Shown: positions 50,234-64,000, numbered from the stretch's first letter. The stretch: 64,000 nucleotides of DNA from Azolla caroliniana (GCA_043228905.1 JBHGNT010000005.1:5022001-5086000); one strand, 5' to 3'. The notes: generated by a model not told the origin, from the letters alone. Numbers and translations are program-made.

Positions 50234-53200
50234 AAGTCCAAAGACCTTCGTTTTGTGCTCACTATATAATACTTTGTTTTCCTAAATTACACCACATACC
50301 CTTTGATGCCCGCCCGTTTAATCATCTACAAGCAACTATTATGTAATTGTACTATAAGTTATAACATTCTTTATTCAAGTTGTTGTCCTCGATGATTGGC
50401 AATCTATAGTTTTCCTTGTTTGAAAAATCTTAAAAACTAGGAAAATTTGAGGCTATTTTTTATTATGTAAGATTTTGTCTGGTCTAAGTAATCTTTGATC
50501 CTCCTATTCAAATAAATCGCCCTTTATTGATAAACGCCATTTTGATATTTATATTTGTTAATGTCTAAAGGTTTTGACTAGTGCTATTTCTTAAGGTTAC
50601 ACCGACTTTATCTTTTTGAGCATTGTTGGATTAGTCGTAAAGGCATTATCATCATACAATTACGAAATAGCGTGTCGCTATGTTTAAAGTGCATTGTCTT
50701 GTTTGCCATGTGAGTCGTGACTCACTCCGTTGCAAACCATTATTACGATGTCGACTTGTAGTGGTTGGGATGCATGATTTGCAAATTAAACATCCTAATT
50801 AGATTGCGTGTTTGCATCAAGAAAGCTTGGAAGATTCTATATCAATCACACAATTAATAAGAACATGAAACTTGTATCTAAGAAGAGAGAAGGATCTAAA
50901 ACGAAATAGTGTCAAACACCCTTTGACACAATACATAAAAGTATATTTTGCAAATAGATGATAATTTGTATGTATAGAGGCAATATATTGCCAATTAAGT
51001 ACAAAGGCAATATATTTGGCAAGATATATTTTTATGTATAGAGGTGATATATTGCCTCTATAAGGTTAGATTATTAATTTTACAGACCTATTATATTAAA
51101 ATTCAAAGATTTAGATGTAAGGGCAACACTTTTGCTTTGTGCCCTTGTGTGCAAGATCAAAGAGAAGGGCTATGTGGAATGAACCTAGGTATATGGAAAT
51201 TGTCCCCAACTAGCAACCCTCCCTATGATAGCATGAAGTACTATATTTTCATCAATCAAGAAGTTATATTTAATTCTTCCCTTCTTCTTTTTTATTCCCA
51301 ACTCCTATTACGAGGGGAGGGATCTTAATGGCTCCACAAAGACAAAGAGAAAGAGGGATGGCGTAAAGTACGAAGCAAAAGATAATAACCCATTCCTAAG
51401 GAGACGTTAGGTCGATACAAAGATGCCATCTTTCTTTCTATTAAAGATGTTAAATAATACAGAGACATCATGGGAGACCTTACAAAATAAACTATTCTTG
51501 GGCAAATGTAATACATGCATAGTATGAACCATACGCGCATTCGAATTCGAGAATGATTCAATCATTCGAGTATGGTAAACACCCTCGAAGAATGGTAAAT
51601 ACCATACTTTTGGATTAATTATTTATTATGAGGTAAATAAACCTAAAAAATGGAAAAAAACAAAAAAAGGGGGAAAAAGGGGGGAAAAACAAAAAAAACA
51701 AGAATGTTTGAATAACATTCATATTCGTTTTCCAACGTAGGAAAACGAATGTTATGCTAGACGAACACGAATTTTACGTACTATGACATGCACTGAGAAT
51801 GCCCTCCCTCCCGATGGTAATCACTTCTTTTGCATTGAAGATGTGACATGCGCAAAGTTGTTTGTAAATAAAGAGTCGCTATATATTCTATCACAAGCTA
51901 TGCCAAACCATACAAGGAGAGTTTTTCAAAATTGGGATAGTTGTTCTATTGTCAATGTAGAACACAAACTTCACGGCCACAAGATTATATGTGCTTTTTT
52001 ACAACATGAATCAAGGTCATACTACTCATCTACTTTGTAGGTCCTCAAAGATCATTGATGCAAGTTTGTAACAAGTCTTACAATTTCTCCCCAGACATTG
52101 TACACACATATTCAAGAAGTAAATGGGAAATCCCATGACATTATTTGATGTAAATATGCACCCATTTTATTTTTGAATGTGGTCTTGTCTTGATATTGTG
52201 GAACTACAAATAGGTAATTATATCATAAAATTATTCTAGAAATGGATTGAAACTGTTTCTCATTCACAATAAATCATGGAGAAAGTAGTGCAACATTGAC
52301 TTGTATAACGTTGACATAGGACTATGTTTATAATTCTTTTAGTGCACTGCCGTTACAAGAGTTACATATTCGATGCCTTGAATTAATACTTCTTAATAGA
52401 GGCAATGCTTTGATTTTATATTTTGACTTTCTATAATGCGATTAATGTATCTGAATCTAAAATGCTAAACAGGTTTTATGAGGAACACAATGTCAAACCC
52501 ATCACAATGTTAGTGTTACAAAGAACAAGCTTATTAGGACACCATCATGTCTGTATATCCAAGTTGCTATTGCTGCAAATTGAACCTGAATGTAATCCAT
52601 AAATCATAATATTAACTTGAGTGAATATGCTCATTGAACTTGAGCTCAAGAAATTTCTCAACCTTTCAATCAACATTCTACAAAGGTTCTATGATCTATC
52701 CATAATAAAAGGCTCTCCATAATTATTCTTTCTATTATTGTCTTTCTCAAATTCTACCATACAAAATGGTATTTCTCAAAGGCTTCATAGCTTTATTAAC
52801 ACTTCAAGAGTCTTGACATCACACTTGCCGGAAATGGGAGACTAAAAGGAGATTCATGTGAACCTAATGTTAAAATCCATAGTTTTAAGGTAGAAATGTC
52901 AATGTTTCTCAATTTCCAAAACACAAAACGAAATCTTCTCTAGGGTTTCATAGCTTTACCAGCACTTTAGGAGTCAACATCATTTTGGAGTTACATGGAG
53001 ATGAAAGATGATTTGTTCCCACCTAAATGTTCAAACCTTTTATAGCTTTAGGGTATAAAAACAAAAGATGATTTGGCCCAACCTAAATGTGAAAGTCTTT
53101 TATATCTTGCATTTTAACATTGCATTATGCCAAATATACAACTACTATGAGATCATATCTTTGAAAATGTACTGTAATGAAATACAAAGGATCAAATCCT

Positions 53201-54067
53201 GTTTGAAACTCTTTGTTTGATCAAATTAGAATAACGAATGATGACATAGATATGCTCAAAATGATAAAAGGAAAACCTCTGAATGATGACATGTTTATTC
53301 TATGAATGATAAAACAGAACAAAAACCACTGACCGATGACATGTTTATGCTATGAATTATAAAACAAAACGAAAACCTCTGAATGATCACCATGGATATG
53401 CTCAATCAAAGTGATAAAAGGAGAACCTCTGGTTTTGATTCAAAGATAAGAAAATGAATTTTAAGAACATAAAAGAATTCATTTTCTTAAGCCAATCAGA
53501 CATTCCAAATAAGGCTCTGTTTAAAAATAACAATCTTGGTCACCAAGTCTGTACAGCATAAAAATTCCTGGCTCATAGACCGAAATGTGCTTATCTTAAG
53601 AGAATCTCAAATTACATGACATGAAAGAAGTGCTTCAGGTTACACCTCTATATGCCTTTTATTGTCAGCATTTACCAACAAATTACAGGGAAAGCCCCAA
53701 TAAATGTGTGAGTGCAGTATAAGAAATTTTCATACATATTGATTGATTTTAATGGAGAGATTATAACTCTTTTTGCTCGGACTAGGTTTAGAGTTTAAGA
53801 TTTAGTGTTTCATTACTTCACAGCCACTCGAAATGGTCTTCAGCATATTCATTGCTATGCTGAACATGGATGGATCACCCTGCTGAGAAGCATAAAAACC
53901 ATTCATATTCTTCTTGTAGATTTGGCAGATTTTACAGAAATAAAGCATATTTATAGGTCATCATGGTACACATTATGCAACAGAGCTTTTGTTTGATTTC
54001 ATTAGTCTGCTTTCTTGCACAATGGGCAGCCATATTTTCGGCTCAATAACTTTGTTCATTGAGAAAT

Positions 54068-55186
54068 TCACTTTGAAGGCGCTTGTTGTGTAGCAATTAA
54101 TAATTCATTGAGCATGACCTGAACAAGAGCTTCATAAACCATATCACAATAGTGCATACCATCCATTGTACATCTGTTACCACATCCTTTGCTCAAATGA
54201 TATAGATCTAGCAATCCTAATGGACCTTCAGGTTTTAAGATCTTGCTTGAAATCAATTCGCTATCATATTCTGTACAAAGTTGGTTTGTAAGCTTCAGCC
54301 TTTTTTCTTCTGTATTCAATTTGGAGTTAAGAAGATCAGGCACATTGATCCAAAACATCTGAGGAACCCTACTAATACTTGCACCCCTTCGGCTTCCTGG
54401 TGGAAGAAAGTTAAAATATGACAATGTAGGAAAAAGAGAATCCACGGCCTTATGCAAGTCTACCAAAGAAAGGAAATAATCTGAGGCATTTGTTACATGA
54501 AGCATATGCCATAGACCATCTGCCATGATGAGTACATCAGGATAATCTTGAGAATGTTGAAGATTGACAATCATGTTTGTTAGATCACTGACATAAGGAG
54601 CCCAAACAAAATCTAGTTTGATCTGATGCATTTGGAAAGAATAATTGCTATGGCGTTTGAAGAGCTCCTCACGGACAAATTCTGATGATAAAAAAAGGCG
54701 ATCCATGAGAGAAAGAATGAAAAGACGCGCTTGAGAGTCTCCGGCAACCATGATCCATGAGCCTTTGAGAAATTGCAATGCATCAGTTTGGTTGAGGCTC
54801 TGGAAGCCACAAATTGCCAATGCATTCTCATTCCAAGACCAAACACGTCTTCCAATGCAAGACTTTGTGGAGTTCCGATTCAGCCCAATGTACTCTTCAT
54901 AATCATTGATGGCCAATTTTTCGTCTTCCCAAGTAATCTCATGAAGATGTGAAATACATGTAGATTGGCCAACTTTAATAGTGTCATGATTACTCATCAA
55001 TGGTGAGAATAGTATGTATGCAGAAGGGAAATATGGAGCTATGTGCACTGAGACTGCCAATGTAATGAACAACCCCACGCTAAAAAAGAGTAATCGGTTG
55101 CGTGTGAGGTGCAATCCCGCCATGCCCAGGGGTAAAAATACTACCACAAATGCTGCAACCAACCCAACTTGAATCGCAAACCCCAT
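54068..55186 (-). CDS. AXY9: ALTERED XYLOGLUCAN 9-like polysaccharide O-acetylation protein, 372 aa, single coding exon
   Basis: Two N-terminal TM segments (GLVAAFVVVFLPLGMAGLHLTRNRLLFFSVGLFITLAVSVH), AGDSQARLF, GLWHMLH and DGMHY motifs. The ATG at 55186 directly follows a CAG acceptor, implying a 5' UTR intron. Confidence 0.88.
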   Translation of the reverse strand: MGFAIQVGLVAAFVVVFLPLGMAGLHLTRNRLLFFSVGLFITLAVSVHIAPYFPSAYILFSPLMSNHDTIKVGQSTCISHLHEITWEDEKLAINDYEEYIGLNRNSTKSCIGRRVWSWNENALAICGFQSLNQTDALQFLKGSWIMVAGDSQARLFILSLMDRLFLSSEFVREELFKRHSNYSFQMHQIKLDFVWAPYVSDLTNMIVNLQHSQDYPDVLIMADGLWHMLHVTNASDYFLSLVDLHKAVDSLFPTLSYFNFLPPGSRRGASISRVPQMFWINVPDLLNSKLNTEEKRLKLTNQLCTEYDSELISSKILKPEGPLGLLDLYHLSKGCGNRCTMDGMHYCDMVYEALVQVMLNELLIATQQAPSK

Positions 55187-57157
55187 CTGTATTTTATATA
55201 TACACATTTGAAATTACTAAACTTCAACTCATGGGCAAAAGAAAAACAAGACCCTGTTGAAAAAGAAATCCTAATTAACTAAAACATACAGTCTTGCAAG
55301 CAAACCCATCAGTCTTTGTATATTTACACCTTTGATATTACTATACTTCAAGTATGTTCAATCTCGTGGAATAAAATGAACAAAACAAGCTGCTGAAAAA
55401 CAAACACTGATTATTCTTACAGAATAAATGCATGTAGGTTATGATGACTCCAAAAAATCTTTTCTGTCGTGAATCCTCAGGAAATGTTTCTTTCCTGTTC
55501 AGCCATGTATAATCCTATTCATTCAAGAAATAATGGGAAATTATGAGAAAATAACACATGTTGATAGGAATTTAGTGAAATTTCTATATATTTACATCAA
55601 ATTTGTTATCATTGGTACATATATCAAACCTACAACATCAAGTATTTGAATTGCATTTTAGAGAATGAGGGTTCCGTTTCCCCCAAATAAGAAACCCTAA
55701 ACCTGATAAGAACACTGTAAATATTGTAGCAGATAAGTCTACACATAGGCATTATCCTTACACAACTATATAAAGTTTCTTCACATGAAATAAAGAGATT
55801 TATGGCAAAATACTTCAAATTTATTAGAATCAGATTTCAAACCACATTACATGTATTCTGGCTGAAATAAAAAGCAATATGTGTGTGTGTGTGTGTGGTT
55901 TTTATCAATTGGCTGAGTTTCTATTTTGTATACAACGTTAATAGAAAATCCAGAACAGCACAAATTTGTAGAGATTTCATAGAACTATGTCAGAGTTAAC
56001 CAGCATTGGAATTATTGTAGATTAAAGTAATAATGAAGCATAAATTTTTTTCTTTACTAATCAGCCATGTTTCTGTTTCATTTCATGCATGCCATTCAAA
56101 GAAAAATATGATAGGAGATTATGAAAAATTACCGCAACTTTACAAAAATCAATCGATGTTTCTGATATGACATTATGATAAAATACCCCAAATTTATAGG
56201 AAATTCATATATTTATGTCACAGTTGAACCATATCATAGTCTAGCTAAAGTAACCAGAAAACGTTATTTTCTTTATTATTTGGCAGAGTTTCCATTTCAC
56301 GCATGAGATTAATAGATTTCGTTGAAAATGACCCAAAAATTGTAGAAAAACTAGCATAAAAATTTACATATTTTTGTAGGATTTCAAATCTACATTAACC
56401 ATATCCGTCCCGAAGAAAAAAAAATCTATACCCTACAATACATCTCAAAGAAATAATTTATAGGAGAATCCAACCATTTCTTTTAAGATTCCTTCCTCAA
56501 AGGGATGAAAATATGATCCTCTATAGTAGTTACAAAGAAAAGTTGTTTCTGGATCGACCAGAAACATTCTTTCTTTCCTTTACGTTCATGTAAAAGAGAC
56601 ATAGAAGCAGAGGTTAAGGAAAGCATGCTTCTTCTAACCTGGACAGAGGAACATCTCTTCTGATTCAGGAAGATCTGGCAATGGACATGGAAGCTCGTAA
56701 TGTTCACGGTTTCATCCTTCCTCCAGAGTTCATTTTCTTTTTTACTCTTCTCCGTGTGTGAGACTTGTGAACTACCAGCAGTAGAAGAAGAGAAAGAGAA
56801 AGAGAAGAAGAAGAAGAAGAAGATGATGATGATGATGGAGCAGCCTCTTTTAAGCTCCAAGTGGCCATTGGACTTTCATTTCCGGGCAAAACCCGAGTTC
56901 GGATTGCGGACAAACACACACAATACCCATGTAATATTCGCTCTCGCCATTCTCTCTATTTTCAATATATCCACACACTCGCTCGTTCGCACGCACGTGC
57001 AAGCGCACACACAATCTCTCTCTCTTTTATCATAATTAGCTTACCCTAGTGGTAAGTCATTTACACTACTAGCAATACATCTTGAGTTCGAAACCTTATC
57101 TTCTCAACTCTCTATTATATACTTCATACATATGAGTTAATTCACTAAATGCCATTG

Positions 57158-57228
57158 TGGAATGTAGGGGTTGAACCCATGACCACTTGGTCTCCATGGA
57201 GCAAGCTTACCAACTGAGCTACATCTCT
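57158..57228 (-). pseudogene. tRNA(Ala-like)-derived sequence / SINE head
   Basis: Reverse complement gagatgTAGCTCAGTTGGtaag...catgGGTTCAACCCCtacattcca has good A and B boxes but no canonical anticodon arm. Confidence 0.55.
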
Positions 57229-57992
57229 CCCTCTCTCTCTGTTTCTTTCTCTCAAAATATCTGTCTCCGGCCATCTCCCTTTTATCCACACATCAAGTCA
57301 TTCACAAGTAGATGTATCTACTTTATTGAGGGATGGACGGTTCATCGAAGCTAAGAATTAGGTCAACACCAGGATGCCACTTTTCCATTCGCAGGGAAAG
57401 AAGGCTAATAAACGATGTGACTCATCAATCAGATGAGAGCAAGTATTAGTTACCCTCCTATACAACGAAAGAAATATCTTGGCATTCTTTTAAATTGTTT
57501 TATTGTTGATTTTGTGAAAGGTGCTCGACTTGGAACCATATGCGTTGGCGAGACCTTTGCCTCATGGCATGCAACAAAACTCCATATATCATTGTACAAA
57601 TGCACATACATTGAGCACAATATACTTCAATGGCTTCTCCTTGAGTTTTCCTCGTGCAATACTCTCGTCTTTTGAGCCGATAGCCACATCGCTTGGCTTA
57701 TATTCATATATTGTAAGACATCATATGAAACGAGGAGATAATTGTGGCATATCTTAAGAATAGGATTATTTCCTAAAGTTTGGGATGAACAAGCAATTAT
57801 CACTCAAGGTTAAAAACATTAAGCATGTCGTAGATACCTACTACAAGGAGGCAACTTAGCATATTAGATGGAGAAGGTTGGGATCCAAGTTACTATAGCA
57901 TGCTAAAAATTGGACAAATTGATAAATTCACCATCTACAATGTCAAAACAAAAATCATTAATGTTTGTGTAGATCGTTGAGATGAAAAATGG

Positions 57993-58307
57993 GTTGTCTA
58001 CCATCTGTAAACCTAGGTATCTTGTATTTCTTAAACATCAAATAAATTCTCATTCTCAATACGTTGTGAGAGACACATACACAACAATGTTAAATCAATC
58101 ATAAAGACAATGATCTTACTTTCCAAAATTTAACATGCACACTACTAAACATTGTCTACCATTTGTAAACCTAGGTATCTTGTATTTCTTAAACATCAAA
58201 TAAATTCTCATTCTCAATACGTTGCGAGAGACACATACACAACAATGTTAAATCAATCATAAAGACAATGATCTTACTTTCCAAAATTTAACATGCACAC
58301 TACTAAA
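57993..58307 (+). repeat. ~158-bp near-perfect tandem duplication
   Basis: ttgtctaccat(c/t)tgtaaacctaggtatc...catgcacactactaaa occurs twice. Confidence 0.92.
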
Positions 58308-58740
58308 GAAGGTATGAACCTCATCGCAATTTTCAACACCAAATAAACTCAAAATCCACAATAATAAACTGAATGTTGATTGAAATGTACACATTTTAAG
58401 TTCTCTTAAATGTGTTTAGAAAATAATTATACAATACATTGGCTTTGCTTTTTTAAGAGGACCCAATAACAAACACTCTAGCATTCAAAATGGAGGTAAA
58501 AATTGAAGTACATTGAAAATATTAGTCTTTTCATTATATAAAAAAACACAGCAATATCATGTCTAGACATTCCAGTCTTTATTTTTCATGTAGTCTTGAG
58601 AATCCCTTCAGGTCCCAAACTGAGAATTTTTTGATGTGTCTCCTGCGCTTCATGTCGATGATATTTTTGTATTGACACCCATCTTTTCTTTGAATTTCTG
58701 TTTGATTCACATTCTCAATGTGCACGTATATATACACCAT

Positions 58741-61700
58741 TCAATGGGCACTCACTAGAAATGGATGCTGGCACACTCCACACTCGACAGTTATTGTGCC
58801 AGAGCTTGGAACTTGCACCTATTCATATTTACACAAAAAATATTAAAAGTTATGTAAAGTAAAAATAATATCACAAGAAGGCCATAAAGAAATAATGTTT
58901 CATTATTCAGGAATTTTTTTAAGGAAACACAATCAATATATGGAAGATACATGACCGGATGTAAACTTCTCAATTGTTATGTTGCTGAATTTGGTCGATA
59001 TTAGGATTTTGTTATTAGCTATAATATTTTTTGCAACTCATTCTATTTGCTTGCTCCTTTGGGTGAATAGTAAAAAATCGAGCTACAAGCCACAACTTTG
59101 GATACTGATTTAGGTGCATGAATATCAATTTATTAGAGCCATATGAAAAAATTTCATGAATGTTTTTGGTTCTATCAGTGCACTAACCAACCTTCTGGAA
59201 GTTCCTATTCCACATGCTGGTTTCAAGGAGGTCTCTTAATAACGAGCATGAGAGAGGGAAGATATAACCTAATAAAGTTCATGCTTTGGAAATACCCCCC
59301 CTCTTTTTGCTTATTATGTCGTTATTCAATGGGTTACCTCCATCACATCTTTCTCTCCCTTTATGAGCGTACATTGATAAATATTAGCCTCTACATTTAA
59401 GTCAGGGTCACACTAATGCTAATATCCTTATTGAAATGAATAAAAAGACCTAACAAGAGATTCCAACTAAAATTTTCTTGTCTATGAGAAAGAATCAGTG
59501 AGATAAATTTGATAAAACCCCATGAAGTGTCTATCTACAAATGTACTTGGAGTGTGCATTACAAAGAAAAACAAAACTCATATAAGTGAAAAATAAGTCG
59601 TTTTAAAGAGTCCAAGTCTGTCCATTTAAATGAGTAGAGTTTTGTCAAATACCAATTCATGCATAGCTAATTGAAATAATATAAGTGTGCATCTAATAGA
59701 CTTTACAAGATTAAGTTCATCCATCTCAATGCGTAAAGAGTTATGTCAACAACCAGTTCATGCAATGCATAGTATGTCATTCCTACTTTAGATATTCATC
59801 AGTATAATACCTGAAGATGAACTGTACAGGTAGGGCATGCAACTTCTCGCATGCGCTTTCCAGGTCCATCTGAGCTCGACCATGATTGAGAGGATCCTCT
59901 GAAGCTTCCCGAACGGCTCGAATCTACTCCACAGGCATGTCAACAAACAAGAATGTTACCACCGTTAATTAACAGCGGAAATCGAGTCATGTGATTTACC
60001 ATTGAAGATGATGATTCTTTGTCCGGGTCTTTTCATTTTCATTATTAAAATGCTATCATAATTGCCAAAATGTCACTCAATTCCCAAAAAACTTTACCAA
60101 AGCTACAAAATGTGCAGCATTTTGGGAATTTTTTAAGTTGAGAGGCATTTTGGAAATCATGATATAGTTAAGTGGCATGATCATTTTTCCTTACTGCTAT
60201 TATTGTTACTGCTGAAAACTCCTGATCTCCTCGAGTTTTTTTCTAGCTCCTCCTATTAAGATTCAGCAGAATATTCAATATATGGTTCAATAAGTAACCT
60301 TAATAGAAATGTTTGTACAAAATCCTTCAAACCTGGAGTTTCCTGGCAAGATCCTCATGAGTTCGTGTTGCAGGGGGCGGACGGCTGCTCAAATCCTTGG
60401 CATTGCTCAACCTTTGTGTAACTTCAGCCTATTAATAGAAAGATAGTTTTATAAAATCAGATTTAATCACCTTCTTATTCATTGGTAGACAGAAACACAT
60501 ATCAAAGTCATCTAGATCCTGAATAAGGCCTAGATTGATACAATAAAGTATCCAATATTAAACTTCAGGGTTGCCTAAATAGCCCAAAAAGAAACTAAAA
60601 AAGTACAGGTCTTAATCAAATCGTAGTTCCTAAACTATGAATACGGAATTTTATTGCATTAAATTCATAATAGTATTTGTAATCATAATTGCCTACCAAG
60701 CAGCGATCACAAACTCGTACAACTGGAGCATCCTCATCAGCTGTAAGTGGAGTCCTTCCATTTGTACATTTATCACAAAAAATATCTCCACAATTCCTGC
60801 AATGGTGCTGGTAACATGTAGAAACAACTGTTATTTCAAAAAATATCTAAATCACATTTATAGGATCATAATGAGGAAAAAGTGCTCCCGAGTATTGTTT
60901 ACCCGTCTCAAAAATGCTCCAAATTCACTTGCACATGCAGAGCATTTTGTTGTAGCTTCATCGGGTACCTGCCATGCAGAAATAACAGCCTGTTATTAGC
61001 AAAGCATAGACAAAGACACCAGATAGAAATGGAAATGATGAAAAGTTCTAACACTCATCTTCTACACATAAACATACAGACTCAGCCATGAGTTAGCAAG
61101 ATGTGTATAAACCACACAAACAGCTCAAATGTGGTATGTAATATACTGCGTACATGTCTGCAATGTGTCATATCCTCCACACTAGGTGGAAATATATATC
61201 ACATAATAAGAAATTTTGGATACATCATGAAAAGAACAAAGTTTCTTTGTGTGTATATATATTCCACACACATATTTTCTGTGGTGTGTCATATCCTCCA
61301 CAATAGGTTAAAATATATATGACGTAATAAGAAAAATTGGAAACAACATTAAAAGAACAAAATTTCTAGCATCTGTATTCATAGCCTCTTTGTATTCTAG
61401 AATGCCCATTGTTTGTATTTCACAAATTGACATATCCATCGTTCAGAACAGGTCTTGAACATTCTTTTTATTTTGTTATAATGTAATCAAATGCTCGGAA
61501 GTATTTGTCAATTGATCTCATTCCCATCAGTCCCACCCCACTTTCGCAATCATTCACTTTTATCCCCATCTGTCATTACATTCTGTAAACCTTAAATACA
61601 CTTTTGATGTTCTATGATGAACTGCTTTTAGAATCACCATTCCTATTTACCTTGATTGTTTCTCTGGAATATAAATTTGAAACATGTTAAAAATAAATCG

Positions 61701-62704
61701 TGTATTGTCTCTTTTACTGTACACACATATGGCTTTTATATGTTTCAAAGGCCATAAGAACAAAAGAGCAATGTGTCACTTCATGTTTGCACATAATGCA
61801 TTGAGTCTATTTATATTCAGCTGTTCTCTACTTATCTTTTATGCAATCTGTTCTAGAAAAACACCTAATACTCACTCACCCAGTGGTCTTTCTCTTCGGG
61901 TGCAGTTTGTTTATTCTTCAATGTCAACCAACTCACGAAAGCGGGCCTTTTCTTTTCTGAACCTTGGTCCGAGATGCTATCTGTATCATTTGATGTTTTA
62001 CTAGAGGCAGACGTCCCATCTTTGTCCACCATTTCCGAGAACTACAAGTATCAAATTAAAAGAGCATTAATCCTAAGTTCAGATTGAGAAATTAAAGAGT
62101 CTAGATAGATATCCAGATGATCTAAACAAACCTGCACGCAAGCTGCAGTTAAGGTGTCTAAAATGGCATTGGTAGTATAACTTCCAGACTTTAGTCTTAT
62201 TCTTCTTGGCTCGATATCAACAGCACTCTTTGCCCAGAAAGTGAAGATCGATGGTTCATTTATCTGGGCCAAAATTTCTCAAAATGAATGACGTAATCAT
62301 GAAACGCTTATTTTATCTTCTGAATAAAACTATGGTAGTGTTTATACTTGAAAACTTCGTAGTATATCAACAAAAAAATAAAACTCAACAGGTCAAATTT
62401 GAAAACCGGCCTTACCTCCCATCTTGTAATATTCTCCAATGGATAGATACGGACAGTTTTGTTTGTACTTGGGGAAATCATTCGTACCCCATCCAAACCA
62501 ATCTACGAGATTACATTACCATGAAATGCATTACACATTTTTCAAAGTTTAAGTACATATAATAAAAGTTCAGGATTCATCCTTGCAGTGACATCATTTG
62601 TACCCCATCCAAATCAATCTACAAGTTTATATTACCATGACATACATTATACATTTTGCAAAGTTTAAGTACATAATAAAAGATCAGGTTCATCCTTGGA
62701 CATC

Positions 62705-62742
<38 letters not shown>

Positions 62743-63943
62743 TAAATCCTTATACATCATAATTATTGGATTATATGATTAATTTTAAACAAATCAAAAC
62801 ACATTAAATGATATGATTTATAATACTTACTTGACATAGGACATCTTGAGAGATATTCCCTGATCCATAATCTGAAAGAAGAGTCACGCGATACTTCTGC
62901 ACCCCGCCATTTCTGTCTTCATCATCAACCTTTGGAACTGCCCTTGGGAGCTTTGGTTCTCCATAAGAAGAACTATAACTGCCACTCAAAGAAGACTTAA
63001 AACTATCCCTGTTTCCCCACTGATTGCTCCCAGTACCTCTCGCACCATAAGGCTCCGAATTCCCACCACTATATGCATAGATGTCACCTAGACCAAGATC
63101 ATCATCATCAACATAACCACTCTTGTAATGCCTATCGGGTAAGGTGGGCTTCTCTTGATAACTTGATTCATATCTCAGAGGCTGAGTATATGAAGGTCTT
63201 TCAAAATCTCTACCCGGTGGAGGACCAGAGTATACCCGGCCTTGGTCATAAACACTCATTTGCCCTTGTGGAACTCCATAGTTATTGAAATCGTAACCTT
63301 GCAAACTTGCTCCATAAGATTGGGAAGAATCATACGATTGCTGCTTCTCGCCATATCTAGCAATCGATTGATCAAAAGCCACCGGCTGTTGCTTCTCTCC
63401 ATATTGAGATTTAGAAGGATCGAACCCCATTTGTTGATTATTATTATTATCAAAAACATGTGGGTTATGATCAAATACCTGTTGATTTGTTGCATAAGAT
63501 GGCATCAACGATGATGACAGTTGATCATAAGACGGTTGAGGAGCAACAGGGTATGCTGATCCCGAACTTGATGGACCATAATTCAGTAGTTGTGATGATG
63601 TGGGAGCAGAATGATGATGTGGAGGATTCTGATAGGTTTGTTCATAAGGAGAGGAACTTACTGGCGGTACATATGACCCTTGAGGTGGAGGAGTCGAATA
63701 TGGAATTTGTGATGAAATGTTTAATGAAGCCATTGATTCGCTCAATGATGATGATTGAGGCACTGGTGGCATGCCGTAGGCAGGCACAGAGTAAGAAGGG
63801 AGTAGTGTTTGATTAGATGAGCCACTCTCTGCATAATAGGGGGGCACAGAGACATATGATGAAGTAGCATAAGGCGGCATCACATCGGGTGATGGCGCTG
63901 TTGCATATAGACTTGTTTGCTGTTGTGGCGATTGTTGATACAT
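58741..63943 (-). CDS. FREE1: FYVE-domain protein required for endosomal sorting (FREE1/FYVE1), ~671 aa, 10 exons
   Basis: Exons 63943-62831, 62502-62416, 62263-62132, 62041-61880, 60968-60903, 60807-60697, 60428-60333, 60252-60195, 59923-59811, 58818-58741. Pro/Tyr-rich N-terminus, DVLCQIGLDGVRM, WVPDE...RRHHCRNCG...RVCDRC, and C-terminus CPTCTVHLQV...ECGVCQHPFLVSAH. Confidence 0.95.
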
Positions 63944-64000
63944 CTTCTTATTTCTTATCTCTTCCTTTTGATCTGGGGCAGGGGAATAAAAAAAAACTGT

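Overview
Eukaryotic nuclear DNA from a land plant, most likely seed-free (fern-like). This is an inference from an HSPA12-type Hsp70, a Trp-primed LTR element and PLS-PPR remnants. Seven intact host genes could be assembled by hand from open frames and GT-AG splice sites: RPL23, a Yippee-like gene, a peroxisomal (SKL) hotdog-fold thioesterase, an intronless HSPA12-like Hsp70, a WAV3-like RING-VWA ligase, AXY9 and FREE1/FYVE1. Between them lie many mobile-element relics: two solo LTRs with TSDs, an RTE-X-like LINE sitting in a (GA)n tract, a near full-ORF2 L1 with a TSD, an L1 3' fragment, a long-TIR element, and a decayed tandem array of tRNA-Asn genes. The most unusual object is a 4.87-kb gag-only LTR-derived element (17203-22076) flanked by a single 4-bp TSD. 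It carries two tRNA-Trp primer-binding sites on opposite strands, a ~800-bp palindromic left terminus, a pair of inverted full LTRs at the right end, and an internal poly(A) junction. All coordinates were counted by eye and no database searches were run.
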